Shown here one piece after another: positions 31,038-41,635 of a DNA stretch of 64,000 bases. The notes beneath the pieces were generated by a model. It searched no databases, was not told the origin of the DNA, and worked only from the letters and a program-made list of their open reading frames with translations. Every line of letters begins with the position of its first letter. Position 1 is the stretch's first letter. The position numbers and the translations under genes were made by a program. Origin of the DNA: an uncultured Phycisphaerales bacterium (GTDB lineage: Bacteria; Planctomycetota; Phycisphaerae; Tepidisphaerales; Tepidisphaeraceae); assembly GCA_963758525.1 (NCBI GenBank), contig CAVWVQ010000003.1, positions 4,832,001 to 4,896,000 of the forward strand, read 5' to 3'.

Positions 31038-31382
31038 AATTCCATTAGCCGCCCGGTCCCCAGCGAACAGCAGCAGCAGCGCCAGGAGGATCAGCCAGAC
31101 GCCCCAGGAGGGTTTTCCGGGCCGTCGAGGCCGCGTGTTGTGCAGTTTGTCGCTGAGACGCCGACTGCGTTCGGCCAGCAGCCCGCATGCGGGGCAGGCC
31201 TGGTCATTTGTGATCCCGCGCAGGTCGTAGCCGCAACGATAGCACTCATCAGGGGAGCTGATTCTCGGCGGTTGACACGCGCTAAGGATATTCTGGATGA
31301 GCCGGTGCGCGAAGTGGTGGTGTTCGTCGGGTACAAGCCGGTTCCCTCGGTGGGAGTCTTCTTCGCCTGCTGCGCAAAGCAT
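31023..31382 (-). pseudogene. Possible truncated zinc-ribbon membrane protein
   Basis: CYRCGYDLRG...CPACG plus a single TM segment, then ends overlapping the convergent gene. Confidence 0.4.
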
Positions 31383-31441
31383 ATCTATCGCGACTTGCGC
31401 CCGCGGCGAGTCTCGCGGATGTCGTTGCTTAAGAGACAGCC

Positions 31442-32158
31442 CTAAGCAACTGGACTAACGATATTAGTCCCGCTCCGCGCGGCGTTCGCTAATTGTCCGA
31501 TGGCCGACTGAAAGCGGCGAAAAGACTTACAGCGTTGTCCAACGACCTCCAAGTTCACCTTCGCTGCGAGAACTGCCTGATCCAGGGACTGGTCGTAGCC
31601 AGGGATGAGCTGACACAACACGCGCTTGGCGCCTCTCTTGGCTTCGATATCTATTGATGGCGCTTTTGCATCGGTTGGAACGCTGCCGCGCCCACCGGCG
31701 AGCATCTCACCTTGAAGACTTTCCACTCCGGCCACCAACCACGCTTCAAACTCCTTCATGGCAAAAACTACCGCGAGGGAGAAGGCGTCGCCCGTGCGCA
31801 ATGCGCGAGCCTCTTCTGCAAGCATCGCCGCGACGCGATAGGCACAAAACTCGGTCGAGTTGTAACGCGTTGCATGACCTTTCCAGGTTTGAGGAACTCG
31901 GTCCGCATCGCCGTCAAGCACCAACAGCACTGCTCCGATGTTTCTTCGGGTTTTGCCCGCAGCCTGCAACCAACGGCGCCAATCCGCGCAGTTGTTCTTC
32001 ACTAAGGCTCCGATTCCTCTGACCCTGAAGGGTTCAGCGCTATCAACGGACAGCGCGTCCTCGGCACCCCTCTGTGCAAGAACCCTGCGCGCGAGAGCAG
32101 GAATCGCCGCCTGGTCTCCCTTTCCTTCCACAAAAAGAACGAGTCGTCGAGGCAACAA
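31442..32158 (-). CDS. DUF4276-family (TOPRIM-like) protein
   Basis: LFVEGKGD, VLDGD, KEFEAWL, CKSFRRF motifs; start codon approximate. Confidence 0.8.
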   Translation of the reverse strand: MLPRRLVLFVEGKGDQAAIPALARRVLAQRGAEDALSVDSAEPFRVRGIGALVKNNCADWRRWLQAAGKTRRNIGAVLLVLDGDADRVPQTWKGHATRYNSTEFCAYRVAAMLAEEARALRTGDAFSLAVVFAMKEFEAWLVAGVESLQGEMLAGGRGSVPTDAKAPSIDIEAKRGAKRVLCQLIPGYDQSLDQAVLAAKVNLEVVGQRCKSFRRFQSAIGQLANAARSGTNIVSPVA

Positions 32159-32171
32159 TGCGGCTCCCCTT

Positions 32172-33326
32172 TTACGCCGAGATTTCTCTCGCGCGGGCAA
32201 TATCCACCGTAAGCAGCTCTCCGGGTTCGAGCAGTCGAGCGCGGACCGCATCCGCCTGATCGGGATCAAGCGGCCCGATCTTAGTCAGCTGGCTCTGGTC
32301 GAGCTCCACAACTCGAAGTTGCTCAGGTGCGAAGCCATCCAACAGATCCGGACTCTGTGTTGTCAGAAGCACCTGTCCGCGAGCGGCCGACGGCGCACTG
32401 CCAAACTCCTCGGCGAGGTTACGAAGTGCGCCAGGATAGATGCCGTTCTCGGGCTCTTCAAACATCAGCACCTGCTTCGGGGGCGTTTGATAAAGGGCCA
32501 ACAAATGCGCGTAGTAACGTCTGAAGCCGTCTGATTCCTGCGATAAGTCGAGCCCAATCCGTCTATCTCCCAGCCTGTGTGCCACTACGACGTGTTTGGG
32601 CTGAATTACGGAATCGAGCTCAAGCGAATCCACGGTTGGATTAATCTGCTTCACTCGAGCAAGAATTTGCCAACGCGCCAATTGGTTGCGTAGATCCTGA
32701 GTAATATCGCGAATAACTTCCAAATAATTGCTCGCGGTGTCATCTAACCCGTTGAACTTTACCTTCGCGTTTCCGAACAGCCCTCCGTCGTGCGAAGCTT
32801 GTGTAAACACATTCGCAGGAAAATCGTGCCAACCAATACCGCTAGTCCAAGCTGTATACGCGAGGACCGCTTCGCTGAGAGTCGGGAACGACTTGAGAAA
32901 GATTGCCGGTGTGGTCCGTGGCGCGGGGCCCTCCCCGGGCCATGTAATCCAATTTTCTCCATTTCGATCAAAGATGACGTCCTGCCCAAGCAAAAGCCGC
33001 TCAGCATTCACGAACACATTCGATGGGTTTTGCAGATGGACCTTCCAGGAAACGTCGTAGGTAAAGCTCGCCAAATACCCGGGAATCGAAAAGCGAACGG
33101 AAAAAGAAAGCGGAGCGGGAACACCGAACGGCCATATCCGTGACCAGCCGCCCTCATGGCTAATTGCCGCGTCGGGCTGCAACAAAAAGTTCCGAAGGAA
33201 TCGGATGGCCCGCAGAAAATTAGATTTGCCAACCCCGCTACGACCGATCAGCACTGTGACAGGTGATAGGTCCACGCTGACCTCGCCAATGCTCTTGAAG
33301 TTTCGAATCTCAATGTGCTGAATCAT
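32172..33326 (-). CDS. AAA_21-type (ABC-like) ATPase
   Basis: IRNFKSI, Walker A GRSGVGKS, ESDGFRR signature, Walker B MFEEPENG, LTTQSP. Confidence 0.9.
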   Translation of the reverse strand: MIQHIEIRNFKSIGEVSVDLSPVTVLIGRSGVGKSNFLRAIRFLRNFLLQPDAAISHEGGWSRIWPFGVPAPLSFSVRFSIPGYLASFTYDVSWKVHLQNPSNVFVNAERLLLGQDVIFDRNGENWITWPGEGPAPRTTPAIFLKSFPTLSEAVLAYTAWTSGIGWHDFPANVFTQASHDGGLFGNAKVKFNGLDDTASNYLEVIRDITQDLRNQLARWQILARVKQINPTVDSLELDSVIQPKHVVVAHRLGDRRIGLDLSQESDGFRRYYAHLLALYQTPPKQVLMFEEPENGIYPGALRNLAEEFGSAPSAARGQVLLTTQSPDLLDGFAPEQLRVVELDQSQLTKIGPLDPDQADAVRARLLEPGELLTVDIARAREISA

Positions 33327-33526
33327 TAGCAACTCGTTGCCGCGCGCCACGTTGTTATCGGCTGAGGCAGCGTAGGTTCGCTAAGATAACCGCCGTTGTC
33401 ACGCGAAAGAAGAGATTCTTGCACTCGCGGGTCCCGTCACTTGTGTGGCTTGCGAACCGTGACGCAGGGCATGTACGAAAGCACAATAAATCCAGCCAGT
33501 GCCCCTCCCGCACCGCGCGAGCGGCC

Positions 33527-35407
33527 TTATCCCTTTTTCCCATAATTCCGGTCACGCGGCGCAACAAGGCTCGTATCAACTGGGCCATAGGTGATGATGG
33601 CCGACTGGGTTTCGGCGTCGAACGTGGCGAGGGTGGTTTTGAGAAAATTGGGATCGTCGCGGGTGGGAAACTCCGGCTTGTAATGGGCGCCGCGCGATTC
33701 GTTGCGCATCAGAGCGCCTTTCAGAATCGCCTCGGCTACGAGAATCATGTCGCGGGTGGCGCGGGCGAAGGAGAGATTCTGATTGGTCCACATGCCGGTG
33801 TCGGAGAGCTTGACGCGCTGGAAGCGGGCCTTCCATTGCTGGCATTGATCCAAAGCTTTTTGCAGCCGGTCGTTGTAGCGGACGACGGTGCAGAAATCGG
33901 TCATCCATTTGCCCATTTCCTGCCAGAGGAGGTAGGGATTTTCGTCGCCGTCGTTCTTCAGGAGCCAGTCCTGCTTATCGGTTTCCTGCTTCACGATCGT
34001 GTCGTAGGCGATTTGCGGGACGTCGGCAGCCGCGATGGCGGCAACGTCGTGGATGTAATTGCGGATGCATGAGCCGCCGAAGAGTCCGTCGAAGATGCAC
34101 GAGAGCAGCGAGTTGGCCCCGAGGCGGTTGGCGCCGTGATAGGCGAAGGAGACCTCGCCCATGGCGTAGAGGCCGGGGATGTTGGTCATCATGTTGCCAG
34201 GCGCGCCGGCCTTGAGGCCGCCGGTTTTTTCATCTTTGACGAAACCGGCCCAGAGGCCGCCCATGCTGTAGTGAACGGCGGGGAAAATTTTCATCGGCTC
34301 GGCAAGCGGATCGGTGCCGACGAACTTCTCGTAGATCTCCAGAATGCCTTCGAGTTTCTCCAACACTCGCTCGCGCCCGATGGCTTCGACGGTGTCGTGC
34401 AGGTCGAGATAGACCATGTTTCCGCCGGCAACTCCGAATCCGTCGAGGCAGACCTGGAAGATTTCGCGCGTGGCAATGTCGCGCGGAACGAGGTTGCCGT
34501 ATTTGGGATAGCGTTCCTCGAGAACGTAATAGCGCTCGCCGTCGGGAATGTCGTTGGGAGGCGTTGCCGGGCGCGGGTGCGGCTTCCACTTTCCGTTATC
34601 CTTGATCGCGGGCACCCAGACGCGCCCGCCTTCGCCGCGGGCGGATTCGCTGATCAGGCGGCATTTGTCCTCCCCGGGAATCGCGGTGGGGTGGACCTGG
34701 ATGAACTCGGGGTTGCCGTACTTGGCGCCGGCCTGATAGCAGCGGGAAGCAGCGCCGCCGGTGCAGATGACAGACATGGTGCTCTTGCCGAAGATCAATC
34801 CGCAGCCGCCGGTGGCCATGACGACGGCGTCGCCGCGGAAGGCGCGAATTTGCATCGTCCGCATGTCCTGCGCGACGATGCCGACGCATTGATTTTCGTG
34901 GATCACCGGCCAGAGAAATTCCCAGAACTCATACTTGGTGACGCGCCCCTCGGCTTCCCATCGGCGTGTTTGCTCATCGAGCGCGTAGAGCAGTTGCTGG
35001 CCTGTCGTCGCGCCGGCGAAGAAGGTGCGCTTGAACAGGGAGCCGCCGAATAGACGCAGGGCTCGCTGCCCTTCGTGGGTGCGGTTGAATGGAACGCCCA
35101 TGCGATCGAGCAGATCGATGATCCGCGGCGCCCACTCGCACATTTCCTTGACCGGCGGCTGATCCGCCAGGAAGTCGCCGCCGAGCGCCGTTTCGTCGAA
35201 GTGCTGCCATTCGCTGTAGCCCTGCTGACGCGCGATATCGTTGCAGGCGTTGATCCCGCCTTCGGCGCAGACGCTGTGGCTGCGCTTGACGGGAACCATG
35301 GAGATCAGATCGACGTCGACACCCGCCTCGGCGAGCTTGATCGTGCACGCCAATCCCGCGAGCCCGCCGCCTACAACGATCACACGTTTCTTACCAGATG
35401 ATGCCAT
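33527..35407 (-). CDS. sdhA: Succinate dehydrogenase / fumarate reductase flavoprotein subunit
   Basis: GGGLAG, RSHSVCAEGG, QVHPT, SESARGEG, HYSMGG, HGANRLG, ESRGAH. Confidence 0.96.
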   Translation of the reverse strand: MASSGKKRVIVVGGGLAGLACTIKLAEAGVDVDLISMVPVKRSHSVCAEGGINACNDIARQQGYSEWQHFDETALGGDFLADQPPVKEMCEWAPRIIDLLDRMGVPFNRTHEGQRALRLFGGSLFKRTFFAGATTGQQLLYALDEQTRRWEAEGRVTKYEFWEFLWPVIHENQCVGIVAQDMRTMQIRAFRGDAVVMATGGCGLIFGKSTMSVICTGGAASRCYQAGAKYGNPEFIQVHPTAIPGEDKCRLISESARGEGGRVWVPAIKDNGKWKPHPRPATPPNDIPDGERYYVLEERYPKYGNLVPRDIATREIFQVCLDGFGVAGGNMVYLDLHDTVEAIGRERVLEKLEGILEIYEKFVGTDPLAEPMKIFPAVHYSMGGLWAGFVKDEKTGGLKAGAPGNMMTNIPGLYAMGEVSFAYHGANRLGANSLLSCIFDGLFGGSCIRNYIHDVAAIAAADVPQIAYDTIVKQETDKQDWLLKNDGDENPYLLWQEMGKWMTDFCTVVRYNDRLQKALDQCQQWKARFQRVKLSDTGMWTNQNLSFARATRDMILVAEAILKGALMRNESRGAHYKPEFPTRDDPNFLKTTLATFDAETQSAIITYGPVDTSLVAPRDRNYGKKG

Positions 35408-35464
35408 GTTCTTCTTTCAATCAGGCGGCGGTAACGAGCAGCTTGTTCATGGTGTTTGCGTGAA

Positions 35465-36166
35465 TTAATGCAATGCAACGATCATCTTCTGATCGGAAAT
35501 GGCCGCGAAGAGGGCGGTCATCCCGCATGCGAGCGTAAACGCAAAGAGCCCGGTGCAAACCCAGCCCCAGCGCTTTTGCGAGGCGGCGCTGACGGTCAGG
35601 CCCCAGGTGATGCCAGCCGTCCAGAATCCGTTGGCCAGGTGATAGCATGATGCGAGGATGCCGAGCGGATAGACGACATAAGCGACCGACCAGTTGACGT
35701 TGATATGGCGAACGACGGTCATCGTCGCGTGGTCGGGGTCAAACCATAGCGCGTGCCCTAGCAAGCCCTTCATGCCCAAAATATGAAACACGATGAAGAG
35801 CGCGATGATGATGGCGCTGACGCGCTGAAAGAGATAGAACCAGTTTTTGCCGAACTGATAGTTATTGTTGTTGGGCTGACCGGTCATCGTGATCCAGATG
35901 CCGTAAATCGTGTGGTAGAGAATCGGCAGATAGATGAATGTCCATTCGACGGCAAAGAGGAACGGCAGGGCGTGAATCTTGTCGACCTGCTTCTGGAAGA
36001 TATCCACGGGAGAAGTTCCCTGGATGAGCGTCGCGTTCACCAGCAGATGAATGACGATATACCCGCCAAAGACGATTCCGGTGAGCGAATGGAGTCGTCG
36101 GAGGAGGAAGTGATGTCGTCCGCCGATCGTGGGGACGGTGAAGTCGGTGGCGGTCGCCGTTGTCAA
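35465..36166 (-). CDS. sdhC: Succinate dehydrogenase cytochrome b558 subunit
   Basis: LRRLHSLTG, five TM helices with His ligands, YHLANGFWT; directly upstream of sdhA. Confidence 0.92.
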   Translation of the reverse strand: MTTATATDFTVPTIGGRHHFLLRRLHSLTGIVFGGYIVIHLLVNATLIQGTSPVDIFQKQVDKIHALPFLFAVEWTFIYLPILYHTIYGIWITMTGQPNNNNYQFGKNWFYLFQRVSAIIIALFIVFHILGMKGLLGHALWFDPDHATMTVVRHINVNWSVAYVVYPLGILASCYHLANGFWTAGITWGLTVSAASQKRWGWVCTGLFAFTLACGMTALFAAISDQKMIVALH

Positions 36167-36230
36167 AGCGGAAGTCCTTTCATCGATGCGGGATTATAAG
36201 GCCGGTCGTCAGCAGCATGCAAAGCTGACA

Positions 36231-36953
36231 TCATCCGGCGGCGTTGCCGGCCGGAGGCAACACGTCGGGGGTCCCCGGAATGGGGCAAAGATGAGGAATG
36301 ACTCCCTCATTTGCAAGTTGTTCGAGCGACACTGCGGACGAGAGGTCGAAAGTCCCGATCGACGTTCGCCTCAAGGCGGTGAGATGGCCGCCGACGTTGA
36401 GCTTTTGGCCGATGTCGCGCCCCAACGCGCGGATGTACGTTCCGCGTCCGCAACGCACGCGGATGCTCAGCAACGGCCAATAGTACGAGAGCATTTCGAT
36501 CGAATCGATGTGGACGATGCGCGCCGAAAGTTTTGGCGCCCGGCCGGCGCGTGCCAGCGCATATGCGCGGCGGCCACCGACCTTGAGCGCGCTAAAGGCA
36601 GGCGGTTGCTGGAGCACCTCGCCGACGAAATGCGGCAGCGCGATTTGTATTGCCTCAGCGCCAACCGGCTTTGCATCGGGCCACGGAACCGGTTCTGAAT
36701 CCACGTCATCTGTCGGAGTCGTTGACCCGAGGTGGACGACGGCATCGTAGGTTTTGGACAGCCCCATCAGTTGTTGACAGCTTCGGGTCGCCTTGCCGAC
36801 CAGCACCAGGAGCACGCCGGTGGCAAACGGATCGAGCGTGCCGGCATGACCCACTTTGACGTTTTCCGCGAACAGATTCTTGATTTTGCTGACGGCCCGC
36901 GCCGAGGTCAGGCCGGCGGGCTTGTCGAGATTGATGATCCCTTGCGGTGTCAT
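36231..36953 (-). CDS. truB: tRNA pseudouridine(55) synthase, short form
   Basis: LDKPAG, GHAGTLDPFATG, PPAFSALK, GTYIRAL motifs. Confidence 0.93.
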   Translation of the reverse strand: MTPQGIINLDKPAGLTSARAVSKIKNLFAENVKVGHAGTLDPFATGVLLVLVGKATRSCQQLMGLSKTYDAVVHLGSTTPTDDVDSEPVPWPDAKPVGAEAIQIALPHFVGEVLQQPPAFSALKVGGRRAYALARAGRAPKLSARIVHIDSIEMLSYYWPLLSIRVRCGRGTYIRALGRDIGQKLNVGGHLTALRRTSIGTFDLSSAVSLEQLANEGVIPHLCPIPGTPDVLPPAGNAAG

Positions 36954-37025
36954 GCGCAGTCCATTTGAATTGAGCATTGAGCGGGAGACCGAAACGATGT
37001 ACCTTGTGGCATCTTGTAACCTGCA

Positions 37026-37772
37026 ATGGTCTGGGACAAACCACGCATACTGCAATCATTGCGCAAGCTCCACAAGAGCGGCGCGTCGCTTTCTTACAAC
37101 CGGATGGCCGAGTCAAATCAGGCGCTGGTTTCCGCCGCGGCGTATCACTTCAGTTCTTATCGCAAGGCAGTCGAGCGCGCCGGGATCGATTATGCGACGG
37201 TCATTCGCCGTCCCTGCTGGGACCGTGCGATGATTATCAAGCTCATCAAAGCCGCGAAGCGAGGCGGCGAAGACCTTCATTGGTCCGCGGTCACCAAGCG
37301 CCGCGACGACCTGGGCCGCGCCGCCTTTGCGGCGCTGCAGCCGCGGCTGTTTGGAAGCTGGGATCGCGCTTTGACCGCGTCCGGACTGGATGCCGACGAC
37401 ATCAGCCGCTATCGGCGGTGGGACAAAGATTCGATCGTTTATGAGTTGCGATCGCGTTCGCGCGAGCATGAGCCGTTGAACAGCGGCGCGTTGCAGTCAA
37501 GCGATCCGGGTCTGCACGCGGCAAGCGTGCGCCATTTCGGGAGCTACGACGACGCGCTGCGCGCCGCCCGCCTGGACCCGCAAAAGGTTCGCCAGAGAAG
37601 ATCGTGGCAGAAGACCGATGTGATCCAGGCATTGCGCGCGATTCGGCGCGGCGGATCCCAGGTGTCCGACTCAGCGGTCCGCAAGGACCATCCCGCGTTG
37701 TACGGCGCAGCCATTCGGCTTTTCGGGAGCTTCACCGCCGCCCGCGGCGCGGCGGGGATGAAACTGAAGTAG
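37026..37772 (+). CDS. Basic protein made of four ~61-aa helical repeats (homing-endonuclease-associated-repeat-like)
   Basis: Four copies of W(D/Q)xxx(I/V)..L...AA...F(G/S)S(W/Y/F)xxA..A(G/R). Confidence 0.7.
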   Translation: MVWDKPRILQSLRKLHKSGASLSYNRMAESNQALVSAAAYHFSSYRKAVERAGIDYATVIRRPCWDRAMIIKLIKAAKRGGEDLHWSAVTKRRDDLGRAAFAALQPRLFGSWDRALTASGLDADDISRYRRWDKDSIVYELRSRSREHEPLNSGALQSSDPGLHAASVRHFGSYDDALRAARLDPQKVRQRRSWQKTDVIQALRAIRRGGSQVSDSAVRKDHPALYGAAIRLFGSFTAARGAAGMKLK

Positions 37773-37775
37773 GGG

Positions 37776-38447
37776 ATGCCCGAACTCTTACGATCGAACT
37801 CTTTGTCCCAAGACGATCCGAAACATCGAAGCTCGTTCGCGATAATCAGCATCGGCTGGATAGTCCTTTTTGTCGGAGCGTTGTGCTTCGACCGCGCCGT
37901 CGCCCAATGGGTCGCAGCTCATCATCCGATCGACAAGCACAACTGGCTGGTCGTGATCTTGAAGCTGCCGGGGGTTTACTGGACGACGCTTGCCATCGCC
38001 GGCTTGCTCGCGGCGTTTCATCCGCAGCGATTGCGAGCGGCGGTGCTTCCGCTGGCGTCGGGAGCGATGGGGGGCCTCGCGTATCTGATCATCAAGTGGG
38101 TTGCGGGACGGCGTCGTCCGATCATCCTGATCGCACCGTTTCATTTCGAACCGTTCATCGGCGGGTGGAAGGGACTGTTTAGCCAGCCGGCGCTTTGCTT
38201 TCCGTCGGGGCATGCCTGTCTATCGTTTGCGACGGCCCTGTCGCTGACGATCCTCATGCCACGCTGGCGCGGGGTGTGGTTTCTCATCGCGTTCGCAGTT
38301 GCAATAGAGCGCGTCCTGGAAAACGCGCATTACGTCAGCGACGTGGTGGCGGGCGCCGGCCTTGGAACGCTTTGCGTCCTGCTCACTTACGATTTGCTCG
38401 AGCGGCGCTGGCCGGTTGATGACAAACTGCGCCGAGGATTCGAGTAG
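37776..38447 (+). CDS. PAP2-family membrane phosphatase
   Basis: KWVAGRRRP, FPSGH, ERVLENAHYVSDV motifs. Confidence 0.9.
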   Translation: MPELLRSNSLSQDDPKHRSSFAIISIGWIVLFVGALCFDRAVAQWVAAHHPIDKHNWLVVILKLPGVYWTTLAIAGLLAAFHPQRLRAAVLPLASGAMGGLAYLIIKWVAGRRRPIILIAPFHFEPFIGGWKGLFSQPALCFPSGHACLSFATALSLTILMPRWRGVWFLIAFAVAIERVLENAHYVSDVVAGAGLGTLCVLLTYDLLERRWPVDDKLRRGFE

Positions 38448-38600
38448 GGCGGGATTCATCCCGCCATGATCCCGCGGGCTACGCGCGCGGGTTCGCAACC
38501 AACATCGTTGCAAGATTTCCCGTCCGCAATTGGGCTTCATGCACCGGCTTGTCGCACCCGGCGAGAATGATCGCGGCCAGACAGATCAGCATCAGACGCA

Positions 38601-39864
38601 TCAATAGCTCCGTGGTAAAAGTGAATTCGTGAACCGCAGTGACAACTCCAACGCGATGCAGAGCCGATCGCGCAGTGTTCCCTGTTCGAAATGCTGGCGC
38701 AGCACGCGCTGGGCGTCAAGCCCCATTGCGCAGCGAAGAAACGTCTCTCGCCCTCAAACGACAGATGGCATTGACCGCGCCGTCGACGTCGCCGTGGGCG
38801 ACGTGGATTCCGATCTCATTGGCTTCGAGCAGGTCGGCGATATGCGACGTCTTTGGTCCGAGGTAGAGAATTGGACGGGCGACGGTCATGGCGCCGTAGA
38901 TTTTGCAGGGGTGAATGATGCCGACCATCGGATCGCCCAGCGCGACCACATGAACATCGGCGGCGGAAAGCGAGTCGCCCAGTTCGTTCAACGGCTGATA
39001 GGGGAGTGAGATCACGTTGGCGAGCTGATGATCGGCAATGACGCGTTCGATCTCGCGCTTGCCGCTGCCGCCGCCGACGAAGAGGAAGACGATTTGCGCT
39101 TCGCCGCGCAGGCGGACGGCGGCGTGGAGAAGCGTAGTCAGCGGATTGGACGGACTGTGATTGCCGCTGTACATGACAACGAACTTGCCGTTCAGTCCGT
39201 AGCGCGCTCGAAAGGCATTGGCGGCGCCCGTCGCTGGAACCCGAATTTGTTCCTCGTGCGGCCAGGGAGGCAGCACCAGCAATTGCCCGGGCAATGCGAC
39301 GCGCGATCGAAGCCGCTCGGCCATAAAGCGATCGAGCGCGATGACCAGCGCGGATTCGCGCAGGATGAAGCGGTTCACGCTTTCCAGGAACTCGGCGGTC
39401 ATCCCTGCCGGTGAGATCTTGCCAAGCGCAATAAGCTGGTCCGGATTCAGATCCATGGCCCAGTACGCGATTGGGATGTCGCGGATGAGGTGAACCAGAG
39501 CCGCGATGACGCCGATCAGCGGCGGCGAGGTGCTGAAGAAAATGCCGTCGATCCGGCGCGTGAACAGTCCGGCGCAGAGGCACTGAAGCATGAACAAAAA
39601 TGTTCCGGCAACGCGACGCGGAATCGACGATTTTCCGAAGGAGGCGAATCCGAAGCGGCGGACTTCGACGCCGTGCAGATCCTCGCGGCGGGGATACGAT
39701 CGCGTCGGGTCTTCGTAGCCGCGCGCCGACGCGTAGACGATCACGCGGTGGCCGCGACGCGCCATCGCAACTGCCACGTCGGCAACGTATTGTCCGACCG
39801 CGGCCGGATCCGGCACGAAGGTCTGACTGAAGATGAGAAGCGTATGGCGGCGAGCCGGCCGCAT
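38601..39864 (-). CDS. GT4 glycosyltransferase (WcaI-like); frameshift near 38730
   Basis: SQTFVPD, STSPP, MDLNPD, YSGNH, HPCKIYG; C-terminus continues MGLDAQRVL in a shifted frame. Confidence 0.85.
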
Positions 39865-39939
39865 GCCTGGATCTCCTGTCAAGCAATAGTTTCTCAAGGG
39901 ATTCGCTGCGAATTGTCGCGGCCGGTATACTAAGCGATT

Positions 39940-40593
39940 GTGCCAGATGGGGGCAGAGCTGGTTTGAGAATGGATCGCATGCCTGCTCCCGAGTCACGAA
40001 GCGCGCTACCCGCCGACTCAGTTGTGCCGTCACTTCGCGCCACCGACGCCGACGCCCAATTGCAGATCCGCAGTCCCTGGACTGCCCGTCAGAAAATCGC
40101 TCGCGTCGGGTGGATGCTCGTTCGCGGATCGCTGTTCCGCTGGTCGTTTCACAACTGGTACGCATGGCGGCGATTTTTGCTCCGCAGCTTCGGCGCCCGC
40201 GTCGGCAATGACGCCCGGCTCCGTCCGACCGTCATGATCGAAATCCCCTGGAATCTGGAATTGGGCGATCACTGCAGGGTAGGCGATCACGCGATTCTCT
40301 ACTCGTTGGGAACGATTCGCATCGGCCGACTCGCGGTGATCAGCCAGTACGCGCACCTCTGCGCCGGGACGCATGACTACACCCTGCGCAGCTTTCCGCT
40401 GAGGCTGATGCCAATCACGATTGGGGAAGAGGCATGGATCGCTGCGGACGCGTTCATCGGACCGGGGATCCGCGTGGGCGACAGGGCGGTCGTCGGTGCG
40501 CGCGCGGTGGTTGTGAAGGATGTAGCCGCATCACAGGTCGTAGCGGGAAATCCGGCGCGATTCGTCAGCATGCGGGAGATTCGCGAAGGGTGA
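39940..40593 (+). CDS. wcaF: WcaF-like acetyltransferase (hexapeptide repeat); start uncertain
   Basis: WRRFLLRSFGA, IPWNL, LCAGTHDY, AGNPA. Confidence 0.85.
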   Translation: MPDGGRAGLRMDRMPAPESRSALPADSVVPSLRATDADAQLQIRSPWTARQKIARVGWMLVRGSLFRWSFHNWYAWRRFLLRSFGARVGNDARLRPTVMIEIPWNLELGDHCRVGDHAILYSLGTIRIGRLAVISQYAHLCAGTHDYTLRSFPLRLMPITIGEEAWIAADAFIGPGIRVGDRAVVGARAVVVKDVAASQVVAGNPARFVSMREIREG

Positions 40594-40595
40594 GT

Positions 40596-41540
40596 CTATG
40601 CCTTGCGATTCGCGTCATACCACGCGATCGTCTCGGCCAGCCCGTCTTCCAGCGTCGTGCGGGCTTCGAAACCGAGCGCCTTTTTCGCGGCGCTGACGTC
40701 GAGGCAGCGCCGGGGCTGTCCGTCGGGCTTGGTTGGATCCCAGACGATCTTTCCTTTGAACTGGCTGATGCGCGCCACCAGCTCGGTCAGGTCTTTGATC
40801 GTGATCTCGCGCCCGTTGCCAAGATTGAGCGGCTCGGGGGAATCATATTTTTCCATGGCGCTGACGATGGCCTCCGCACAATCCTTCACGTAGAGAAATT
40901 CCCGGCTGGCGCTGCCGGTGCCCCAGGCGCTGATCGTCGCATCGCCGCGATCGCGGGCTTCGACGCATTTCCGCACGAGAGCGGGGATGACGTGCGAAGT
41001 GTGCAGATCAAAATTATCGCGCGGGCCGTAGAGATTGACGGGGAGCAGATAGATCGCGTCGAGGCCATACTGCTGGCGATACGCCTGACACATCACCATC
41101 AGCGCTTTCTTCGCCACGCCGTAGGGAGCGTTGGTTTCTTCGGGATACCCGTTCCAGATGTCGGCTTCCTTGAAAGGGACGGGGGTGAATTTCGGGTAGG
41201 CGCAGATGGTGCCCACCTGCACGAACTTCTTGAGGTTTACCTTGCGAGCCTGCTCGATCAGGTGAATCCCCATCGTCGCATTGGCGTAGAAATATCGGCC
41301 CGGGTTGTCGCGGTTGGCCCCGATGCCGCCCACTTCCGCGGCCAAGTGCAGCACGATTTGCGGCTTGGCGTCTTTATACAGCCGCTCAACGTCCGTTTCA
41401 TGCGTCAGGTCATATTCCTTGCGGCGGGGGACGAAGATCTTCTCGTAGCCGCGTGCTTTGAGCTTCTCGATGACGAAGCTTCCGAGAAATCCCGCGCCAC
41501 CTGTGACGACGATCGAATCGTTTGTTGAAATCGACATCAT
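40596..41540 (-). CDS. fcl: GDP-L-fucose synthase
   Basis: [38 protein letters not shown]. Confidence 0.93.
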   Translation of the reverse strand: MMSISTNDSIVVTGGAGFLGSFVIEKLKARGYEKIFVPRRKEYDLTHETDVERLYKDAKPQIVLHLAAEVGGIGANRDNPGRYFYANATMGIHLIEQARKVNLKKFVQVGTICAYPKFTPVPFKEADIWNGYPEETNAPYGVAKKALMVMCQAYRQQYGLDAIYLLPVNLYGPRDNFDLHTSHVIPALVRKCVEARDRGDATISAWGTGSASREFLYVKDCAEAIVSAMEKYDSPEPLNLGNGREITIKDLTELVARISQFKGKIVWDPTKPDGQPRRCLDVSAAKKALGFEARTTLEDGLAETIAWYDANRKA

Positions 41541-41635
41541 AAGACGACTTTCCGCCGGCTGATTCGCGCCGCGCAGCGGAGTGATTCGAATGGATCCGCC
41601 GAGTGACCCGCCAAACAGGGAAGAAAACTGCGGAC

